From: a cyanobacterium endosymbiont of Braarudosphaera bigelowii
GTDB lineage: Bacteria > Cyanobacteriota > Cyanobacteriia > Cyanobacteriales > Microcystaceae
Length of the DNA: 32,000 nt
Assembly: GCF_020885515.1 (NCBI RefSeq)
Contig: NZ_AP024987.1
Location: 150,001-182,000 of the forward strand
Direction: 5' to 3'
Shown: piece by piece, positions 27,063-32,000 of the stretch
Layout: every line of letters starts with the position of its first letter
Position numbering within the stretch: the stretch's first letter is position 1
Position numbers and translations under genes: made by a program
Notes under the pieces: model-generated
Seen by the model: only the letters and a program-made list of their open reading frames with translations
What the model was told of the DNA's origin: nothing
The model's database searches: none

Positions 27063-28712
27063 TTATTTCAAACGTCCTGAACGCAAAATACTAATAATAA
27101 GCCATACTCCTAATATGCTTGCTGAAGCAAATAAAACACTGCTTATAATAGATAATTGTTGCGTTGAAGAACCAACAGAGATAATTGCAGCTCCCATTAT
27201 TAAAGATCCTAAAACTATACTAAACGAAAGTCTATTTGCTGAGGCATCTATACTACGTCGTAAAGGTTCTAATTCCCGTAATCTTATATTCCAGTTGAAA
27301 GTTTCTGATGATAATCTATCTAATAAGGTTTCTATTCGTCGTGGGGTCTTTAGATAAATAGACTTTAAATCTAAAATTGTTCTTAATCCAGTTTGCAGAG
27401 GTGTATCTCCTACTAATTGACGATAAAATAAATTAGTCATTAGCGGATTTATTTCGTCAAAGAGATTAATAGATGGATTAAATTGTCTTGCTGTACCTTC
27501 TAAATTTCCTAAACATTTCGCGTACAGTCCTAAATTTCCCGGAATTTTTAATTTATTTTTACGTGCAATTTGTAATATTTCATATACAACCTCACTAAAA
27601 TTAAATTGAGAAAGATTTAAGTTATGGTACTTTTTTAAAATTTTCTCGTAATCACTCTTTAATCTTGATAAGTTATCTACCTTATCTGATTCTGATAACT
27701 TAAATGTTAATTGAGCACATCCTTGAGCATCTAAATCAAAAATTGCTAATAATAATTCTATTAATATTTTTTGAGTGTGCGAATCAATTTTTCCTACCAT
27801 TCCACAATCAATAATAGCTACTCTACCATTGTTTAAATAGAATAGATTACCAGGATGAGGATCTGCATGAAAAAATCCATCAACATAGATTTGCTGAAAA
27901 AAAGCTCTAAATAGTAAAGTAGTAATCTCTTTTCTTCTTTCTTCAGTAGACTTAAGAGATTTAGGTATACTTAGATCAGCTTCTAATATAGGTTTTCCAT
28001 GCAACCATTCTAAAACTAAAATTTTTTCTGTTGTTATGTCCCAATATACTTTAGGTGTTGCTATTTCATTAGCATCAAACCAGATACTTGATGATAAATT
28101 ATTACGGATAGTATCTGTATAACTTGCTTCCTTTGTAAAGTCTAATTCAGACTCAATAGCTTCACAAAATTCATCAGCAAGTTTTGGAATATCGAAATTT
28201 TTGCCAAATTCTGTTAATGAAACTAATTCAGCAATACCTTTGATTAAGGTAATATCTTGCTGTACTATCTTGTCAATATTTGGACGTTGAATCTTAATAG
28301 CTACTTCTTCTCCATTAAGAAGAATTCCACGATGAATCTGTCCAATAGAACCAGCCGCAATAGGTTTTTTTTCAATATTACTAAATATAGCTTTTATAGG
28401 TTTTGATAATTGTCTATTTAAAACTATTTCGATTTCTTTCCAGGGAACTGAAGAAACATTAGATTGTAAGGCAGTTAAGGCCTGAATATAGTTGGGAGAA
28501 AGAATATCAGGACGTGTACTTAAAAGTTGTCCTAGTTTTACATAAAAAGGACCCAGTTCTATTAATATATTTCGTAATACTTCCGGAGTAGGAATCTGAG
28601 GATTTTCTGTTTTACCAGCTGTTAATAATCCTCTCATATATTCCCAGCCATTACTAAGTACAACTTCAATAATTTCTCGTTGACGAGCACTAGTTTGAGT
28701 CAAAGAAAACAT
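27063..28712 (-). CDS. ABC1/UbiB (AarF) atypical kinase family protein
   Basis: 549 aa. 'GPFYVKLGQLLSTRPD', 'PIAAGSIGQIHRG', 'VAIKIQRP', 'GFFHADPHPGNL' and 'IDCGMVG', followed by C-terminal TM helices. Confidence 0.88.
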   Translation of the reverse strand: MFSLTQTSARQREIIEVVLSNGWEYMRGLLTAGKTENPQIPTPEVLRNILIELGPFYVKLGQLLSTRPDILSPNYIQALTALQSNVSSVPWKEIEIVLNRQLSKPIKAIFSNIEKKPIAAGSIGQIHRGILLNGEEVAIKIQRPNIDKIVQQDITLIKGIAELVSLTEFGKNFDIPKLADEFCEAIESELDFTKEASYTDTIRNNLSSSIWFDANEIATPKVYWDITTEKILVLEWLHGKPILEADLSIPKSLKSTEERRKEITTLLFRAFFQQIYVDGFFHADPHPGNLFYLNNGRVAIIDCGMVGKIDSHTQKILIELLLAIFDLDAQGCAQLTFKLSESDKVDNLSRLKSDYEKILKKYHNLNLSQFNFSEVVYEILQIARKNKLKIPGNLGLYAKCLGNLEGTARQFNPSINLFDEINPLMTNLFYRQLVGDTPLQTGLRTILDLKSIYLKTPRRIETLLDRLSSETFNWNIRLRELEPLRRSIDASANRLSFSIVLGSLIMGAAIISVGSSTQQLSIISSVLFASASILGVWLIISILRSGRLK

Positions 28713-28825
28713 AAAATACTTATATAACTTTTTTATAGAAACAAAAAATTGAACATAGGAAGTTTATATTGACTTAGTTAAAATTTTGCTTAATTTAGTT
28801 TATTAAAACAATAACATTGAAATAT

Positions 28826-29887
28826 TTATAAGAAATCTTGGGATTCAGGACAGTTAGCTATTTGTTTTAGTATTTGCTTAATATCTTGAGTGCGATTTTT
28901 ATCAACTATAAGAGTAACATTTTTATCACGAACAATAACTAAATTTTCTATACCAATAGTAGCAATTAACTCATTTTTTTCACTTGCATAGATAATAGAA
29001 CCTGTTGTGTCGAGACCTATATGATTACAATGCTCTATATTGATAGTTGTTTTATCAGTTAATCGTTCTAAAGAATTCCAATCTCCTAAATCATCCCAGC
29101 CAAAATTAGCACTTAATATATAGGTGAATTGAGTTTTTTCCATCAAAGCATAATCAATACTGATCTTTTCGAAGTCCTTGTAAGCGTCTTTACCTTTCTT
29201 CCGCAAAGAATTTAAAAGCTGAGGAGTATATTTTTCTAATTCTTGCAACATGATATTTGCACGAAAGATTAATATTCCACTATTCCAACTATACTTACCA
29301 TTTGCAATTAGTAATTCTGCAGTTTTTTGACTAGGTTTTTCCATAAAACGATTAACCTGGTATGCAGGAAGATTGCCAATGTAGTTAATCAGTTTTCCCT
29401 GTTCGATATATCCATAACCTGTAGAAGGATATGTTGGTTGAACTCCTAATGTCACTATTGCATTCCCTGGAGAAGCTAATTGAAAAGCAGAATCTAAAGT
29501 GATTAAAAAATCTTCTTCATTTTTTATCCAGTGATCTGCAGGGAAAAATCCTATGATCACATCATTTCCATATCGTTTAACAATTTCTAACGTTGCCCAT
29601 GCGACTGCAGGGGCAGTATCTTTTCCCTCAGGTTCAATTAGTATATTAGAATCCACTAGATGTGGTAGATGTTTTTTAACGTTTTTGATGATGGAAGCAG
29701 TAGTAACAAGCCAAAGATTGTTCCAATTTTTAGCTATAGGTAACAAGCGATTAGCTGTAGACTGTAATAGACTATCTCCGCTGTTGTCTAAGGATAGGAA
29801 CTGTTTGGGATGGTGACGGCGAGAAAGAGGCCAAAATCGTTCGCCTTTTCCACCAGCAAGAATTACAGGTATAAAAGATTGGACCAT
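28826..29887 (-). CDS. Mannose-1-phosphate guanylyltransferase (NTP-transferase domain)
   Basis: 353 aa. The N-terminal 'PVILAGGKGERFWPLSRRHHPKQFL' sugar-nucleotidyltransferase signature, plus 'GYGYIE' and 'FMEKP' blocks. Confidence 0.85.
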   Translation of the reverse strand: MVQSFIPVILAGGKGERFWPLSRRHHPKQFLSLDNSGDSLLQSTANRLLPIAKNWNNLWLVTTASIIKNVKKHLPHLVDSNILIEPEGKDTAPAVAWATLEIVKRYGNDVIIGFFPADHWIKNEEDFLITLDSAFQLASPGNAIVTLGVQPTYPSTGYGYIEQGKLINYIGNLPAYQVNRFMEKPSQKTAELLIANGKYSWNSGILIFRANIMLQELEKYTPQLLNSLRKKGKDAYKDFEKISIDYALMEKTQFTYILSANFGWDDLGDWNSLERLTDKTTINIEHCNHIGLDTTGSIIYASEKNELIATIGIENLVIVRDKNVTLIVDKNRTQDIKQILKQIANCPESQDFL

Positions 29888-30289
29888 TTTGTCTATATCA
29901 TTCAGTATTTGACATGATTGTATCTCTAAATAACAAATTAGTTTAACTTTTAGCTAATAAGCCATAATATTGAACTCTGACAAAAATCAATGAAAATTTT
30001 ATAAAAAATATTTAAGATAAATATCTTACAGAATTTTAAAATTTTTTGAATAGTTAGCACTATATAAATATAAAGAAGAATAGATTCTATTCTTTAGTCT
30101 TTGCATGAATTCTAGATTTTATCCATACTTATATTTTTATATATTGAATATTTTGTATATTTCATTATGTATTGTTTTAATAGTATTTAGTAATAAATAA
30201 ACTTCTATTATTGTCATATAAGTTTACAAGTTTTTATTATTTCTGTGAATTATGCATAACATTGCTATAGATATCAAATCAGAAAACTT

Positions 30290-31192
30290 ATGTTAGGATT
30301 TATTGGTTTAAACAAACCTTCGGGATTAACATCTCATGATTGTATTAATAAATTAAGAAAGCTATTAGATATTAAAAAAATAGGTCATGGAGGTACTCTT
30401 GACCCTACTGCTACAGGTGTATTGCCTATAGCAGTAGGTAAGGCAACACGTTTATTACCTTTTCTACCGAAAAACAAAGCTTACAACGCTACTATAATTT
30501 TTGGCTTACAGACACAAACAGACGACTTAGAAGGAGAAATTATTAAGGTAAAATCTGGAATTAATCTTGTTCTACAGGATATTGAGCCTTTGTTAAAAAA
30601 ATTTTTGGGAAATATTAAACAAATTCCACCTTTATATAGCGCTATCCAAAAGAATGGTAAGCGTTTATACTTTTCTGCAAGGAAAGGAGAAAAAGTAGAT
30701 ATACCAGTAAGAACAGTTAGAATCGATATGATCAAAATACTAAATTGGAGTCCTGGTGAATTTCCAGCATTAACAATTAATATTCAATGTGGTTCAGGAA
30801 CTTATATTAGGTCATTAGCTAGAGATTTAGGGCAGGCACTAGGTATTGGTGGAACTTTGGCTAAGCTCGTTAGAACAGAAAGTTGTGGCATTTTGTTACC
30901 ACATACATTAACCTTGGAAAGAATCAATAAACAATTAAAATACGACAAATTTTCCTTAATTGAGCCAGAATCTTTATTAAAAGAACTTCCAATTTTGAAC
31001 CTATCTTCAGCAGATGGTATACGTTGGTGTCAAGGACAAAAAGTGTTTACTGATATCTTGAATGTAGAATTATTTCCTAAGTTTGTCCGAATTAACAATG
31101 AGAAGGAACATTTCCTAGGAATAGGTAGTTATATGTATGATGGTAAAAATAATTTTCTTAAACCTAAAGTTGTTGTCAGAGAAAATTTGTAA
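30290..31192 (+). CDS. truB: tRNA pseudouridine(55) synthase TruB
   Basis: 300 aa. 'GFIGLNKPSGLTSHD', 'GHGGTLDPTATGVLPIAVGKATR' (catalytic Asp), 'QIPPLYSA' and 'CGSGTYIRSLARDLG'. Confidence 0.92.
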   Translation: MLGFIGLNKPSGLTSHDCINKLRKLLDIKKIGHGGTLDPTATGVLPIAVGKATRLLPFLPKNKAYNATIIFGLQTQTDDLEGEIIKVKSGINLVLQDIEPLLKKFLGNIKQIPPLYSAIQKNGKRLYFSARKGEKVDIPVRTVRIDMIKILNWSPGEFPALTINIQCGSGTYIRSLARDLGQALGIGGTLAKLVRTESCGILLPHTLTLERINKQLKYDKFSLIEPESLLKELPILNLSSADGIRWCQGQKVFTDILNVELFPKFVRINNEKEHFLGIGSYMYDGKNNFLKPKVVVRENL

Positions 31193-31234
31193 CTTCATGT
31201 CTAAAATATAATTATGATTTTGATGAATAAACTA

Positions 31235-31930
31235 CTAAGAAAATAATATATTCCCACAATTTTTGTTAATAGGAATTGCTTGTTTTATTTTAGAAGGTTG
31301 AGATAGCTTAATTTTACTCATGAGATTGATAAATTCTTTACGCTCTACTCCTGTAAAGCGAGGATTATTTTTTCTTTCCTCTCCAATAGTTGATACAGTA
31401 AATCCTTGATAATCATGTCCTGGATACACTAGGATTTCGTCAGGTAAATTGAAGAGCTTCATAGTTACAGAATCATAAAGAATTCCTGCATCACCACTTT
31501 GAAAATCTGTCCTTCCACATCCCCTAATTAACAAAGCATCTCCAGTCAGGACTAAAGTTTGATTTATTAAATATGAACAATGGCTATCTGTATGTCCAGG
31601 AGTATACATAGCTTCAATTATTGTATTACCTAATAATAGAGTTTCTTTATCATCAATGAAACGATCTGCACATTTAATAACTTCATTTTTTGGTATGATT
31701 CCTAGACATCGAGTTAATTCCCTCAACTTTCCTGTACCTGTTATATGATCAGCATGAATATGAGTTTCTAAGCAGTATTTTAAAATTAAATTTAATTCTT
31801 TAATAAGTTTAATATCTCTTGCAACGTTCTCAAATACTGGATCAACTAAAATCGCTTCTCTTGTATGGGGATCGGCTACTAGATAGGTATACGTTGATGA
31901 TTCTTTATCAAATAACTGACGAAAAAGCAT
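31235..31930 (-). CDS. MBL-fold metallo-hydrolase, ETHE1/persulfide-dioxygenase-like (glyoxalase II superfamily)
   Basis: 231 aa. 'ETHIHADHITG' (HxHxDH), 'TPGHTDS' and 'GDALLIRGCGRTDFQSGD' resemble the ETHE1-like subgroup more than canonical GloB. Confidence 0.78.
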   Translation of the reverse strand: MLFRQLFDKESSTYTYLVADPHTREAILVDPVFENVARDIKLIKELNLILKYCLETHIHADHITGTGKLRELTRCLGIIPKNEVIKCADRFIDDKETLLLGNTIIEAMYTPGHTDSHCSYLINQTLVLTGDALLIRGCGRTDFQSGDAGILYDSVTMKLFNLPDEILVYPGHDYQGFTVSTIGEERKNNPRFTGVERKEFINLMSKIKLSQPSKIKQAIPINKNCGNILFS

Positions 31931-32000
31931 AAAATAATGTAATAATTTTGTTATTTATCATACAGCAGTTAAAGGACTTTTTTTTAAACTTTCCAAGAAG

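Noticed and set aside
30106-30201. 31-codon hydrophobic ORF (MNSRFYPYLYFYILNILYISLCIVLIVFSNK) in the manC-truB spacer. Spacers were also checked for small photosystem, cytochrome b6f or NDH subunit genes.
   Set aside because: It matches none of the small thylakoid proteins I know (PsbM, PsaM, PetN, PetG and others). An AT-rich spacer readily yields Phe/Ile/Leu/Tyr-rich ORFs. No other spacer ORF exceeded about 25 codons.

Overview
AT-rich window (about 30% G+C by eye, with intergenic spacers lower still). Its gene content is clearly cyanobacterial and chromosomal: era, recN, truB, rsfS, sepF, sppA, ndhL, a ChpX/CupB-type CO2 hydration protein, a Ycf36-like protein, DUF3007, an ABC1 kinase, a type I-beta DAHP synthase, tRNA-Arg(UCU) and an initiator-type tRNA-Met(CAT). 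I count about 25 credible CDS and 2 tRNAs. Coding density is about 77%, with many 400-1000 bp AT-rich spacers. I found no CRISPR array, transposase, integrase or rRNA. Five things stand out. (1) A 1010-aa Toprim/DUF3854 plus P-loop helicase protein has the architecture of cyanobacterial plasmid replication initiators (CyRepA type). It sits among housekeeping genes with no other mobile-element genes nearby, and its upstream spacer carries a 17-bp perfect palindrome that cannot be a terminator. (2) The DAHP synthase gene is split from its N-terminal regulatory domain by a frameshift inside an A7 run. (3) An 812-aa membrane protein fuses a NapH/FixG-like Cys-motif module to four C-terminal EF-hands. 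(4) A 1.03-kb spacer has no ORF of 60 aa or more on either strand. (5) Several long perfect inverted repeats lie in divergent promoter regions. All functional calls come from reading motifs in the supplied translations and from memory of protein families. No database search was run.
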